Source: Alphaproteobacteria bacterium
GTDB lineage: Bacteria; Pseudomonadota; Alphaproteobacteria; JBFXJJ01
Assembly (NCBI GenBank): GCA_050175015.1
Contig: JBFXJJ010000004.1
Location: 96,001 to 160,000, forward strand
DNA length: 64,000 nucleotides
Direction of reading: 5' to 3'
Positions 1 through 9,544 of this stretch are shown in pieces. The notes below the pieces were generated by a model that saw only the letters and a program-made list of their open reading frames with translations, was not told where the DNA came from and searched no databases. The position numbers and the translations under genes are program-made. Each line of letters starts with the position of its first letter. The first letter of the stretch is position 1.

Positions 1-1139
1 GCAAATGATGAAAATGTAAAACTGGAATCAGATGATTCAGGAGCATTTGACATCAGCCAATAACGCCAATAATCAGCAGGAAATTCACTCAAAGCTTGAT
101 TGGTAAAAATTCCTCTTTTTGAGCTTGTTGAAAATTTTCCGCCATAGAAAGTAAGCCAGTTAAAACCTTTAATATAATCTGGCTGTTTCCAATTCTCATC
201 TGAACCAAATATGGTCGCAGGGAAAATAATAGTATGGAAAGGTATATTATCTTTGGCCATAAATTGGACGTACTTAACATCATCGCCGCCTTGCCACCAA
301 TCTTTATAATTACGCGCATCAGGTTTCTGATCTGACCACTGTTTGGTTGCAGAAATATAAGCTATAGGAGCATCAAACCAAACATAAAAAACCTTACCTT
401 CATATCCTTCTTTGGGAACAGATACACCCCAGTTTAAGTCTCTCGTAATGCATCGCTCGTGCAAACCTTCATCTAGCCATTTTTTGGCAATAGATGTAAC
501 GATTTGAGGCCATTCAAATTTCGAGTTTATCCACTTTCTTAAAGTTTCTTCCATAAGAGGAAGTTTTAAGAACAAGTGCTTGCTCATCTTCACTTCGAGT
601 CTAGAACTCCCAGAAACCGCAGAACGAGGGTTAATTAATTCGGTAGGATCTAAAAGCTTAGTGCAATTTTCGCACTGATCACCCCTTGCCGCTTCATAAC
701 CGCAATAAGGACACGTACCTATAATATATCTATCTGGAAGGAATCTGTTATCATCTAAAGAATATACCTGCTTAATCTCACGTTCTTCTATATAACCATT
801 TGCTTCAAGTTTTTCAGCAAAATGCTTTGTTAATTCGTGGTTCTGAGGTGCTGACGAACGACCAAAAAAATCAAAAGATAAATTGAATTTTTGATAAATT
901 TCTTCTTGTAAATTATGCTGTTCTTCACAAAAAGCTTCTGTCGACTGCCCTTTTTCAACGGCTCCAAGTTCTGCTGGCGTTCCATGCTCATCTGTTGCAC
1001 AAATGAAAAGAACATCGTTACCTGTCATACGCATATATCTTGCATAGACATCAGCAGGGAGCATTGAACCAACAAGATTTCCTAAGTGCTTAATACCGTT
1101 AATATATGGTAAAGCGCTGGTTATAAGTATTTTTGACAT
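1..1139 (-). CDS. metG: Methionine--tRNA ligase (3' end runs off the window)
   Basis: Not in the ORF track. Manual translation from ATG at 1139 gives [22 protein letters not shown] (HIGH-like), a Zn knuckle [17 protein letters not shown] and the KMSKS-like GGKFSTS. Confidence 0.95.
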   Translation of the reverse strand, partial: MSKILITSALPYINGIKHLGNLVGSMLPADVYARYMRMTGNDVLFICATDEHGTPAELGAVEKGQSTEAFCEEQHNLQEEIYQKFNLSFDFFGRSSAPQNHELTKHFAEKLEANGYIEEREIKQVYSLDDNRFLPDRYIIGTCPYCGYEAARGDQCENCTKLLDPTELINPRSAVSGSSRLEVKMSKHLFLKLPLMEETLRKWINSKFEWPQIVTSIAKKWLDEGLHERCITRDLNWGVSVPKEGYEGKVFYVWFDAPIAYISATKQWSDQKPDARNYKDWWQGGDDVKYVQFMAKDNIPFHTIIFPATIFGSDENWKQPDYIKGFNWLTFYGGKFSTSSKRGIFTNQALSEFPADYWRYWLMSNAPESSDSSFTFSSF

Positions 1140-1143
1140 TGTT

Positions 1144-2142
1144 TTATAAATCCTGCCAAGTTTTTAATAAACGCATATAGTTTAAACGCTGATAGACTTC
1201 TGGATTAGGACATTTTGCAAAACTCATAGAACCACTAAGCTGTTCTAATGATGTGTAACCATTTTTAGCAAGCCAATCGGCTAACCCTTCTTTTAAGACC
1301 CCAAGGTATTCAACGCCATTACCAACTAGGGCTGAAACAACCTGTATAGTATCAGTTCCAGCCATAATCGCCTTAACTGCGTCTTCCACCGTGTGAACTC
1401 CGCCTGTAAGAGATAATGAAGCTTTAACTTTTCCAGATAATGCCCCAATCCAAGCTAAACGAAGAGGCAAATCATCTGACGTTGAAAGTTTTAGAGTTGG
1501 CTTCATCTCTAAGCTTTCAATATCAATATCTGGGTTGAAAAAGCGATTAAAAAGAACCAGTCCTTTAACATCAGCTTCATCAACCAATCTTTCACAAACA
1601 TTAGCAACCGAAGAATATTGAGAAGACAATTTTACAGAAACTGGAATCTTAACAATAGACGTTACTAATTTTGCTATAGATACAAGAGTTTTCTCAACCG
1701 TCAAACCATTGATATATGGGCTTGTTGGAGCAAAATAAACATTAAGTTCAATCGCATCAGCCCCTGCCTCTTCAAGCATTTTAGCATTATTTGCCCAACC
1801 GCCATAAGTATATCCGTTAAGCGAAGCTATAACTGGAATATCTACGGCCTTCTTAATTTTACGTAAATTTTCAACGTAAATATCAGAACCGAATTTTAAG
1901 CTTTCGGGTTCAGGCAAATAAGACAAAGCCTCTCCAAAACTCTCTGTGCCAGCTTCCATTTCTTTAACAGCTGCCAATTTCTCTAACATTATCTGTTCTT
2001 CAAATAATGAAGGAAGAACCATGGCAGCGGCGCCAGCATCTTCAAGTTTTTTAGCTGCGTCGGCATCTTTACTAAAGAAAGATGCCCCAGCAACAAAAGG
2101 ATTAGCCAATTCAAGTCCCATATATCTGGTTTTTAGATTCAT
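1144..2142 (-). CDS. Dihydroorotate dehydrogenase-like FMN protein (DHOD-like)
   Basis: [16 protein letters not shown]-terminus, [28 protein letters not shown]. The catalytic Cys motif is replaced by ELNVYFAP. Confidence 0.85.
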   Translation of the reverse strand: MNLKTRYMGLELANPFVAGASFFSKDADAAKKLEDAGAAAMVLPSLFEEQIMLEKLAAVKEMEAGTESFGEALSYLPEPESLKFGSDIYVENLRKIKKAVDIPVIASLNGYTYGGWANNAKMLEEAGADAIELNVYFAPTSPYINGLTVEKTLVSIAKLVTSIVKIPVSVKLSSQYSSVANVCERLVDEADVKGLVLFNRFFNPDIDIESLEMKPTLKLSTSDDLPLRLAWIGALSGKVKASLSLTGGVHTVEDAVKAIMAGTDTIQVVSALVGNGVEYLGVLKEGLADWLAKNGYTSLEQLSGSMSFAKCPNPEVYQRLNYMRLLKTWQDL

Positions 2143-2164
2143 ATAAATCTCCTATAAGTTATTT

Positions 2165-5100
2165 CTAGCCAGCAGTTTTGGCTCCTAAAGCTGCTAAATG
2201 AGAATATAATTTATAGCGGCTTTCAACTTGCTCTTGAGCAAAAGCCACAAGATGCTCATAACGTTCTGGATTCTGGTTTTTAACGATTTTGAATCTCGTC
2301 TCGTTATTCATAAAATCAGAAACTGGACGTTTTGGTTCTTTTGAATCAAGAATCAAAGGAGCTTGACCTTCGGTGCTTCTTCTTGGATCAAAACGATACA
2401 AAGGCCACAGACCGCTTTCAACCGCAATCTTCTGCTGCTCTAAACCTTGAGATAAATCATATCCATGAGCAATACAATGTGAGTAAGCAATTATGATTGA
2501 AGGACCATCAAATGATTCAGCTTCAACAAAGGCTTTAATTGTCTGGGTATCACTTGCGCCAAGAGCAATCTGAGCAACATAAACTGAACCAGATGACATT
2601 GCAATCATACCTAAATCTTTTTTAGGCTGAGCTTTACCTGCTGATGCAAATTTAGCTGAGGCACCGATTGGAGTTGCTTTTGACTGTTGACCTCCTGTGT
2701 TGGAGTAAACGCCTGTATCCATCACTAAAATATTAACATTTCTGCCCATATTTAAAACGTGATCTAAACCGCCGTAACCAATATCATAAGCCCAACCGTC
2801 ACCACCAAGGATCCAAACGCTCTTGCGAACCAAATAGTCAGCAACTTTTTCTAAATGTTTAGCTTTTGGATTTTTGCTGGCTTGAAGTTTTGATTTAAGT
2901 TCAGCAACTCTCGTTCTCTGTTCTTCGATTTCAGCATCGGTTTTCATTGATGCATCAAGAATTGAACTTGCTAACGTTTCACCAACTTCAGAAGCCAAAT
3001 CTTTAAGCAATAAAGATGCAAAGTAATGTTGTTGATCGATAGCATAACGCATACCAAGACCAAATTCAGCATTATCTTCAAACAATGAGTTTGCCCAAGC
3101 CGGACCTCTGCCGTTTTCATCAACGGTATAAGGGGTTGTTGGTAAGTTGCCGCCATAAATTGATGAACAACCTGTAGCATTAGCAATAACAAGTCTATCA
3201 CCAAAGAGCTGACTCATTAATTTAATATAAGGTGTTTCACCACAACCTGCACAAGCACCAGAAAATTCGAACAAAGGACGCAACAATTGAACTTGTTTTG
3301 GTGTCTTTAATTCAAGTTCGGTACGCTTAACATCTGGAAGAGATAAGAAAAATTCAAAATTATTGTGCTCTCTTTCTAAGACATCATAAATAGGAGTCAT
3401 ATTGACAGCTTTTTCTTTTGGATTTTCTTTATTCTTAGCTGGGCATACCTGAGTGCAAAGAGTACAACCTGTACAATCTTCAGGAGAAATTTGAATGATA
3501 AATTTCTTACCAACAAATTCTTTGCCTTTGTAGTCAGTTGAAATGAAATCTTTTGGAGCCTTTTCCAAATCTTTTGGATCTGCAACTTTTTGTCTCAAAC
3601 AACCGTGAGGACAAACCATTGCACATTTACCGCATTGGATACAAACGCTTGGATTCCAAATTGGGATTTCAGTCGCAACCGCACGTTTCTCATATTGAGC
3701 CGTAGCTGTTGGCCAAGTACCATCAATAGGCAATGCTGAAACAGGAAGATCTTCACCCTTACCTTCCATAATTTTCGCGGTAACATTCTTAACAAATTCG
3801 GTAGCATTTTCTGGAACAACTGCTAAACGACCTTGTTTAGAAGATACTTCTTTTGGAACGTCAATTTGATATAAATGTTCAAGAGTTGCATCAACCGCAG
3901 CATAGTTGCGTTCAACCAATTCTTGTGATTTTTTACCATAAGTTTTTTGAATAGCTTTTTTAATTTGTTTAATAGCTTCATCTTTTGGTAAAACGCCAGA
4001 AATAGCAAAGAAACAAGTCTGCATAATGGTGTTAATACGGCGCCCCATACCAACATTTTTAGCAACTTCAACGGCATCAATAGCATAAACCTTAAGTTCT
4101 TTTTCAATAATATCTTTTTGAACTTCTTTAGGAAGATTATCCCATAAATCAGCTTTGGTGTAAGGTGCATTCAAAAGAAATACTGCGCCTTTTTCTGCTT
4201 CTCTAAGAACGTCCATTTTCTGCAAGAATGGGAAATGGTGACAAGCTACAAATTTTGATTTTTTAACTAAATACGTAGATCTGATTGGGCTGCCGCCAAA
4301 ACGTAAGTGAGAAACGGTCATAGCTCCAGATTTTTTTGAGTCATAAACGAAGTATCCCTGACCATAACGACCTTCTTGATCGGCAATAATCTTAATAGAG
4401 TTTTTATTTGCACCAACGGTACCATCAGCACCAAGACCGTAGAAAACTGCCTTTACAACATCCGATGGTTCAGTATCAAAATGTTCGTCAAAAGGTAATG
4501 ACAAATGTGTAACATCGTCGTTAATACCAACAGTAAAGTGGTTTTTAGATTTATCTGAAACGGCATTGTCATAAACAGCTTTAACCATCGCAGGTGTAAA
4601 TTCTTTTGAAGAAAGACCATAACGACCGCCCAAAACTTTAGGCATTTTAGAAATTGAACCACCAACAAGGGCTTCATTTAAAGCAACGGTTACATCAAGA
4701 TATAAAGGCTCACCAACAGAACCTGTTTCTTTTGTTCTATCAAGAACAGAAAGAACTTTTGCAGTTTTTGGAATAGCATTAATGAAAGCTTTGGCTGGGA
4801 AAGGACGGTATAAACGAACTTTTAACAAACCAACTTTACCGCCATTGGCATTCATATAATCAACAACTTCGTGAATAGTTTCAGCACCAGAACCCATACA
4901 TACGATTACGTTTTCAGCGTCTTCAGCACCAACATATTCAACAAGATCATACTTTCTGCCAGAAATTTTAGCAAAACGCTCCATTTCTTCAGCAACAATT
5001 TCAGGACAATCGTCATAAAATTTATTGCTTGCTTCACGTCCTTGGAAATAAACGTCAGGATTCTGAGCTGTACCTCTAATAACAGGGTGATCAGGAGTCA

Positions 5101-5734
5101 AGGCACGTTCAACATTGCCGTGAATTGGAAGACCAGCCATCATAGCTTTTAAATCATCATCAGAAAGGAGGTTAATTTTAGCAATTTCGTGAGATGTTCT
5201 AAAACCATCGAAAAAGTGCATAAAAGGAACTCTAGAACGAATCGAAGCAGCCTGAGAAATACAAGCTAAGTCGTGGGCTTCTTGTACAGAATTAGAGCAA
5301 AGCATTGCAAAACCAACTTGGCGGCAAGCCATAACGTCAGAGTGGTCACCAAAAATTGATAAGGCGTGAGTTGCCAAACTTCTTGCTGCTACGTGCATAA
5401 CAAAAGGTGATAATTCACCTGCAATTTTATACATATTTGGAATCATTAAAAGCAAACCTTGGCTTGCGGTAAATGTTGTACAAAGCGTTCCAGCTTGTAC
5501 AGCGCCATGACACGCGCCAGCAGCACCAGCTTCTGACTGCATTTCAGCAACTTCAGGCACAGCCCCCCAAATATTTTTCTTACCCTGTGCTGCCCAAGCG
5601 TCAGCAAATTCTCCCATAGGAGATGAAGGCGTAATAGGATAAATAATTACCACTTCATTTAGTCTATGAGCCACGGAAGCTGCGGCTTCATTTCCGTCCA
5701 TCATTCCTGTAACTGCATTATGCTGTTCCGTCAT
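2165..5734 (-). CDS. nifJ: Pyruvate:ferredoxin/flavodoxin oxidoreductase
   Basis: YPITPSS, two CxxCxxCxxxCP ferredoxin motifs, FEFSGACAGCGE and the TPP motif GGDGWAYDIG. Start placed at ATG 5734, downstream of a GGAGGT RBS. Confidence 0.96.
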   Translation of the reverse strand: MTEQHNAVTGMMDGNEAAASVAHRLNEVVIIYPITPSSPMGEFADAWAAQGKKNIWGAVPEVAEMQSEAGAAGACHGAVQAGTLCTTFTASQGLLLMIPNMYKIAGELSPFVMHVAARSLATHALSIFGDHSDVMACRQVGFAMLCSNSVQEAHDLACISQAASIRSRVPFMHFFDGFRTSHEIAKINLLSDDDLKAMMAGLPIHGNVERALTPDHPVIRGTAQNPDVYFQGREASNKFYDDCPEIVAEEMERFAKISGRKYDLVEYVGAEDAENVIVCMGSGAETIHEVVDYMNANGGKVGLLKVRLYRPFPAKAFINAIPKTAKVLSVLDRTKETGSVGEPLYLDVTVALNEALVGGSISKMPKVLGGRYGLSSKEFTPAMVKAVYDNAVSDKSKNHFTVGINDDVTHLSLPFDEHFDTEPSDVVKAVFYGLGADGTVGANKNSIKIIADQEGRYGQGYFVYDSKKSGAMTVSHLRFGGSPIRSTYLVKKSKFVACHHFPFLQKMDVLREAEKGAVFLLNAPYTKADLWDNLPKEVQKDIIEKELKVYAIDAVEVAKNVGMGRRINTIMQTCFFAISGVLPKDEAIKQIKKAIQKTYGKKSQELVERNYAAVDATLEHLYQIDVPKEVSSKQGRLAVVPENATEFVKNVTAKIMEGKGEDLPVSALPIDGTWPTATAQYEKRAVATEIPIWNPSVCIQCGKCAMVCPHGCLRQKVADPKDLEKAPKDFISTDYKGKEFVGKKFIIQISPEDCTGCTLCTQVCPAKNKENPKEKAVNMTPIYDVLEREHNNFEFFLSLPDVKRTELELKTPKQVQLLRPLFEFSGACAGCGETPYIKLMSQLFGDRLVIANATGCSSIYGGNLPTTPYTVDENGRGPAWANSLFEDNAEFGLGMRYAIDQQHYFASLLLKDLASEVGETLASSILDASMKTDAEIEEQRTRVAELKSKLQASKNPKAKHLEKVADYLVRKSVWILGGDGWAYDIGYGGLDHVLNMGRNVNILVMDTGVYSNTGGQQSKATPIGASAKFASAGKAQPKKDLGMIAMSSGSVYVAQIALGASDTQTIKAFVEAESFDGPSIIIAYSHCIAHGYDLSQGLEQQKIAVESGLWPLYRFDPRRSTEGQAPLILDSKEPKRPVSDFMNNETRFKIVKNQNPERYEHLVAFAQEQVESRYKLYSHLAALGAKTAG

Positions 5735-5902
5735 GTCAGAAAAAACCTCCAAAATCTAAAAAATTAATTACAAAAAACATACAATGATATAACACTGCCT
5801 AAAAATGGTTTCACTAACAAAAAGCATTAAGTCCACTTTTTTTTGTTTTCGCTTTATGAAACCCGCGATTATGATATACTTTTTATACTTTTAAGGTTGA
5901 AT

Positions 5903-7123
5903 ATGAAAGAAAAATCTGAACAAAATAACTTTATTTTTTTGTGGTTATTGCTTTGCCTTTGTGCTATTCAGCAAATTGCCCCAGTGAGCATTGACAGTAA
6001 CATTGTTAAACATGCTGCTATTTTTTCCTATGAAAACTTATCTCTTCTGATTAAGCAAACGGCGCCCTTTATTAAAAACCCTAATGATTCTATCTTTTTT
6101 AAGAATCCAGATTCATTCGCTGCCATTTATAATTTTGATACTTTTTTTTCGCCTATCAAAATTTTGCTTTTATCTCCTTTAAATTTTATCAACAACCATA
6201 CTTTTGAGCTATTTTTAACATCTATAATTTTTATTAGTCTTCCTCTTAGCTTACTTGTCATCTCTAAAAAGCTAAATTTATTAAGATTATCGCCGTTTTT
6301 TATCTTAATTGCCTGTCTGCACCCATCTTTCAGCAGCGCACAAAATAACTTTTCTGAAAACTTATTTGGTTTTTTTAGCTTCTCTCTGGCGGTCTATTAC
6401 ATATCAAAACCAGCTTTAGCAGGTTTGCTGATTTTAATCAGTTCATTATTAGAACCTATCTTCATTATTACCCTGCCCATTTTAATCATTTACAAACAAT
6501 ATAAGACCTTACTTTGGTTTGTCATTTCAGCCGTCGCCGTATTTTTCATCTGTCCGATATTATGGCTTGATTACTTCAAAGTATTTATATCTGACTTTTA
6601 CAACATCTTATCTTCATCTCTAAATGGCTTTAGCTATGTTTTTGCAATGTGGGGGATTTACCTTTTTGATGACGGCTACAATCTTGGAACCAGCTTTGGT
6701 TTTAAACTATTCTTCGCCGCATATTTTACTTTTCTAACCATAATATATGGTAAAAAACGATACACGAACATCAAAACGAGCAACCTAGAGCAAGATTTAG
6801 TTATCTCTCTACTATTATGCATACCTTTTATTATAAGTTTTCCAGGTTTCTCTCAATATGAAATTATATGCGCATCATCTCTTATGCTGCCTTTAATAAT
6901 AATTGCTTTTAAAATGGGCTTTGCCTGCAGATTATGCTGCTTTGGTTTCAGCATATTCTACCTGCTTGCAGCTATAAATATAGAAAAACTTGCAGAACTG
7001 ATTCCAAGCATAATGATATCTACGATCCCTTCTTTGGGAGCATGTATGCTTTGCTTCTTAAGCTGCGCTTTTACTATGAGATGGGCAAAATACCAAAATA
7101 AATTAAAACTCTTAGATTTTTAA
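5903..7123 (+). CDS. Multi-pass membrane protein, possibly GT-C fold (GT87/DUF2029-like)
   Basis: Many hydrophobic segments. The FSPIKILLLSPL and AGLLILISSLLEP segments loosely resemble GT87 patterns. Start placed at ATG 5903. Confidence 0.55.
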   Translation: MKEKSEQNNFIFLWLLLCLCAIQQIAPVSIDSNIVKHAAIFSYENLSLLIKQTAPFIKNPNDSIFFKNPDSFAAIYNFDTFFSPIKILLLSPLNFINNHTFELFLTSIIFISLPLSLLVISKKLNLLRLSPFFILIACLHPSFSSAQNNFSENLFGFFSFSLAVYYISKPALAGLLILISSLLEPIFIITLPILIIYKQYKTLLWFVISAVAVFFICPILWLDYFKVFISDFYNILSSSLNGFSYVFAMWGIYLFDDGYNLGTSFGFKLFFAAYFTFLTIIYGKKRYTNIKTSNLEQDLVISLLLCIPFIISFPGFSQYEIICASSLMLPLIIIAFKMGFACRLCCFGFSIFYLLAAINIEKLAELIPSIMISTIPSLGACMLCFLSCAFTMRWAKYQNKLKLLDF

Positions 7124-7593
7124 AAAGTTATATGGCTCTCTATATTATTAATAGAGCCTTCCATAGTAAGAACTTTCTCAAAATTTAAAAGAACAACCAA
7201 TTGTTCATTAATATAGCTTATATCATCAGCCACGTGATTCCATAAACAACTGAACTGATCTTTATTAGGCTCTTTAGTTATTTCCGAAAAAGGAATATCA
7301 AGCCCTTTTACATCGACCTCAATTTGGTAAACTTTATCATTACGACTTACAAAGAGTTTTTCTGTTGGTCTTTTGGTAATAGGCATTCCTAAGATTTTTC
7401 TTAAATCTATATTGGAATCAAAAAGGTTTTCACCTTCTATATTATCATCTTGTTGCAAAACTATCTTAGAATCTTCAGGCAAAAGCAGACCAAAGCTTTG
7501 GCCTTCTAAAGAAAATGTAATACAATATGGAGTATTATTATTTTCATAACAGCTTAATCTTGTTTCTTCAAAAAAATCTTGTGAATAACTCAA
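7120..7593 (-). CDS. CheW-like domain protein (divergent)
   Basis: YCITFSLEGQSFGL, IDLRKILGMP and NEQLVVLLNFEKVL match the CheW N-terminal, middle and C-terminal patterns. Confidence 0.65.
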   Translation of the reverse strand: MSYSQDFFEETRLSCYENNNTPYCITFSLEGQSFGLLLPEDSKIVLQQDDNIEGENLFDSNIDLRKILGMPITKRPTEKLFVSRNDKVYQIEVDVKGLDIPFSEITKEPNKDQFSCLWNHVADDISYINEQLVVLLNFEKVLTMEGSINNIESHITF

Positions 7594-7624
7594 TATGCTA
7601 AAATCCTTTTATTTTTTTATTAAT

Positions 7625-7672
7625 GCCAAGGCTTCTTTATTTATTGTTATTATTTCTTAATGAAGCCTTGGC
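7625..7672. repeat. 11-bp perfect inverted repeat (hairpin) upstream of the cheW-like gene
   Basis: GCCAAGGCTTC (7625-7635) pairs with GAAGCCTTGGC (7662-7672) around an AT-rich 26-nt loop. Confidence 0.8.
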
Positions 7673-7859
7673 TTTCCACCTTATAAATCTCGTAGAGGTG
7701 TGATGCTAGGAGAAACCTACACGAGAATAGGGGAAAAATATATTAAAAAATCTAAATTATGAAATCTTTTTTAACTACATTTGTTATAATTTTGTATCAA
7801 TACGTTGTCTAGATATTTTTACATTTTTATTAAAATTTGTTACCATATCGTCTCAAATT

Positions 7860-7900
7860 ACAACTTAAAGTATTTAAACTTAGCAGAAACACAACTTAAA
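7860..7900. repeat. 10-bp direct repeat, candidate operator
   Basis: ACAACTTAAA at 7860-7869 and 7891-7900 (31-bp period) in a divergent promoter region. Confidence 0.5.
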
Positions 7901-8014
7901 TAGCCAAAAAACTTATCCTAAAGTTTAGCTTTTTTATGATGACTTTTTTTTTAATTGTTGTATTATTTTAACATTCCGTTTTAATAATAATAAAATATAA
8001 AAGAAAATATTAAT

Positions 8015-8929
8015 ATGTTTCTAAGAAAAGTCGGACTACATCAAATTTTTGCCCCTTTCATTGTTGCTTTAAGCATAACAATTATTGAAACTTTGTTTCA
8101 AAAACATAATTTTTTATATAGCTTTCCTCATTGGCTCTTGCGTTTTTTTGTTATCTGGTTTTTTCTCTTTGCATCATCACGAATAGTTAATTCTTTTTTT
8201 CATAAGATAATGAACTTGAAAGACTTCAGAGCTTGTTATCCTATGCGCCTTGTTATAACAAGTTTTTTAGGCTCCTTGTTGATGATTCCGACTTTTCTCT
8301 GGCTTTTTAAAACCCATACAGGGGAAATCTTTTTTCTTTTAAATTACATTCAACCTCAGAATTCTGCTCACAGTGAACTTTTAAGACGTTTTTACATTAT
8401 CGCCTTTGTCGCTCTTCCTTTTTGGACCATTCCTAATTTCAGTTGGTATGCTTATCAAAAAAGGCTAGCCGATATTGTTGTAAAAAAAGAACTTATAAAA
8501 AGGGAAAACAATCCTAATAACAGTGAAAATACCTACAAAAAATTTATCTATAACACTCTTATTTTATCCAAGCCTGCCAATAATGAATATAAAAACTTTG
8601 CAAAGATTATGGGCAAAAAAAATATCCTCGCTGTAAAAGTTAATGATAACAATGAAGTTTTAGTTTATACTAATCAAGATGTGAAAACGATAAAAGGGAA
8701 AGCCTACTTCATCATTAACAAAATTAAAAACGATGGAGGAGTTCAGCTTGGGGATAAATTATGGGTCAAACCAGATGCTATTGTCGAAATGAAACCTGTA
8801 AAAAATGGACATGGCATCATTTTATCAAGTGGTCACGTTATCAATATGCCCAGCGCTTCATTAAAAGCCTCATTACCCAAACGCCTAGTAGAGAGAGCTT
8901 TAGATGACCAACAAAGACAAAGAGCCTGA
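8015..8929 (+). CDS. Membrane protein with C-terminal LytTR-like DNA-binding domain
   Basis: About four N-terminal TM helices. The C-terminal ILAVKVNDNNEVLVYT...GVQLGDKLWVKPDAI...IILSSGHVINMP follows the LytTR beta pattern but is degenerate. Confidence 0.6.
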   Translation: MFLRKVGLHQIFAPFIVALSITIIETLFQKHNFLYSFPHWLLRFFVIWFFLFASSRIVNSFFHKIMNLKDFRACYPMRLVITSFLGSLLMIPTFLWLFKTHTGEIFFLLNYIQPQNSAHSELLRRFYIIAFVALPFWTIPNFSWYAYQKRLADIVVKKELIKRENNPNNSENTYKKFIYNTLILSKPANNEYKNFAKIMGKKNILAVKVNDNNEVLVYTNQDVKTIKGKAYFIINKIKNDGGVQLGDKLWVKPDAIVEMKPVKNGHGIILSSGHVINMPSASLKASLPKRLVERALDDQQRQRA

Positions 8930-9434
8930 TATTAATCAGCCAGATAACATTAAACCTGCGGTTAATCCTAAAATTATTGAATTAATAAAAGGATTAAACA
9001 TTAGCTCAACAACCCTGCTCTCTACCGATTATCTTAACCATTTTAATGAAATTATTATGATGATTGCAATGATAGGCGAAATGCCAGATATCATTGAAGA
9101 GTGTAAAGAATGGCAGCCTAAAAGCTATATCCAACATTTCACAGATACATCTTTATCTTACCGTTTTATTGCTATTGAATTATATCGTGCTGTACCCAAG
9201 AAAAATCTCGATGCTTTTGAACAAGCTATTGAACAAACAAATAATGCTATCTTTCAAACTGTAGAAAGACTTGAACTTGCTATTAGTAATGGGGCGACTC
9301 CTGAGGAACTTACTCAGAAAGCTATGGTTGCCCAAAAAGCTCTGCAAACCCTTACTGAAATTATAAGCAGCATTATCCATGGCGCAGAAAAAGCCTTATC
9401 TCAAAGTGAAATTGATAAGCTGATTACTTTCTAA
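8904..9434 (+). CDS. Alphaproteobacterial-type hypothetical helical protein with C-terminal LSQSEIDKL peptide
   Basis: 176-aa ORF containing LLSTDYLNHFNEIIM; overlaps the stop of the upstream gene. Confidence 0.8.
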   Translation: MTNKDKEPDINQPDNIKPAVNPKIIELIKGLNISSTTLLSTDYLNHFNEIIMMIAMIGEMPDIIEECKEWQPKSYIQHFTDTSLSYRFIAIELYRAVPKKNLDAFEQAIEQTNNAIFQTVERLELAISNGATPEELTQKAMVAQKALQTLTEIISSIIHGAEKALSQSEIDKLITF

Positions 9435-9470
9435 AATTTTACTTTCAAATAGTTCTAATACATACAAAAA

Positions 9471-9509
9471 AACCCAAATAGCTAAAAATAATTTTAAACT
9501 ATTTGGGTT
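9471..9509. terminator. Probable bidirectional intrinsic terminator
   Basis: AACCCAAATAG...CTATTTGGGTT hairpin between convergent genes, with an A-run on the left. Confidence 0.65.
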
Positions 9510-9544
9510 ATATAATTTTAGTAAAACACACCTTTAGTGCATAA

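Noticed and set aside
89-1015. Short minus-strand ORFs 89-319 and 830-1015
   Set aside because: They are out-of-frame ORFs within metG, which the track missed because it runs off the window.
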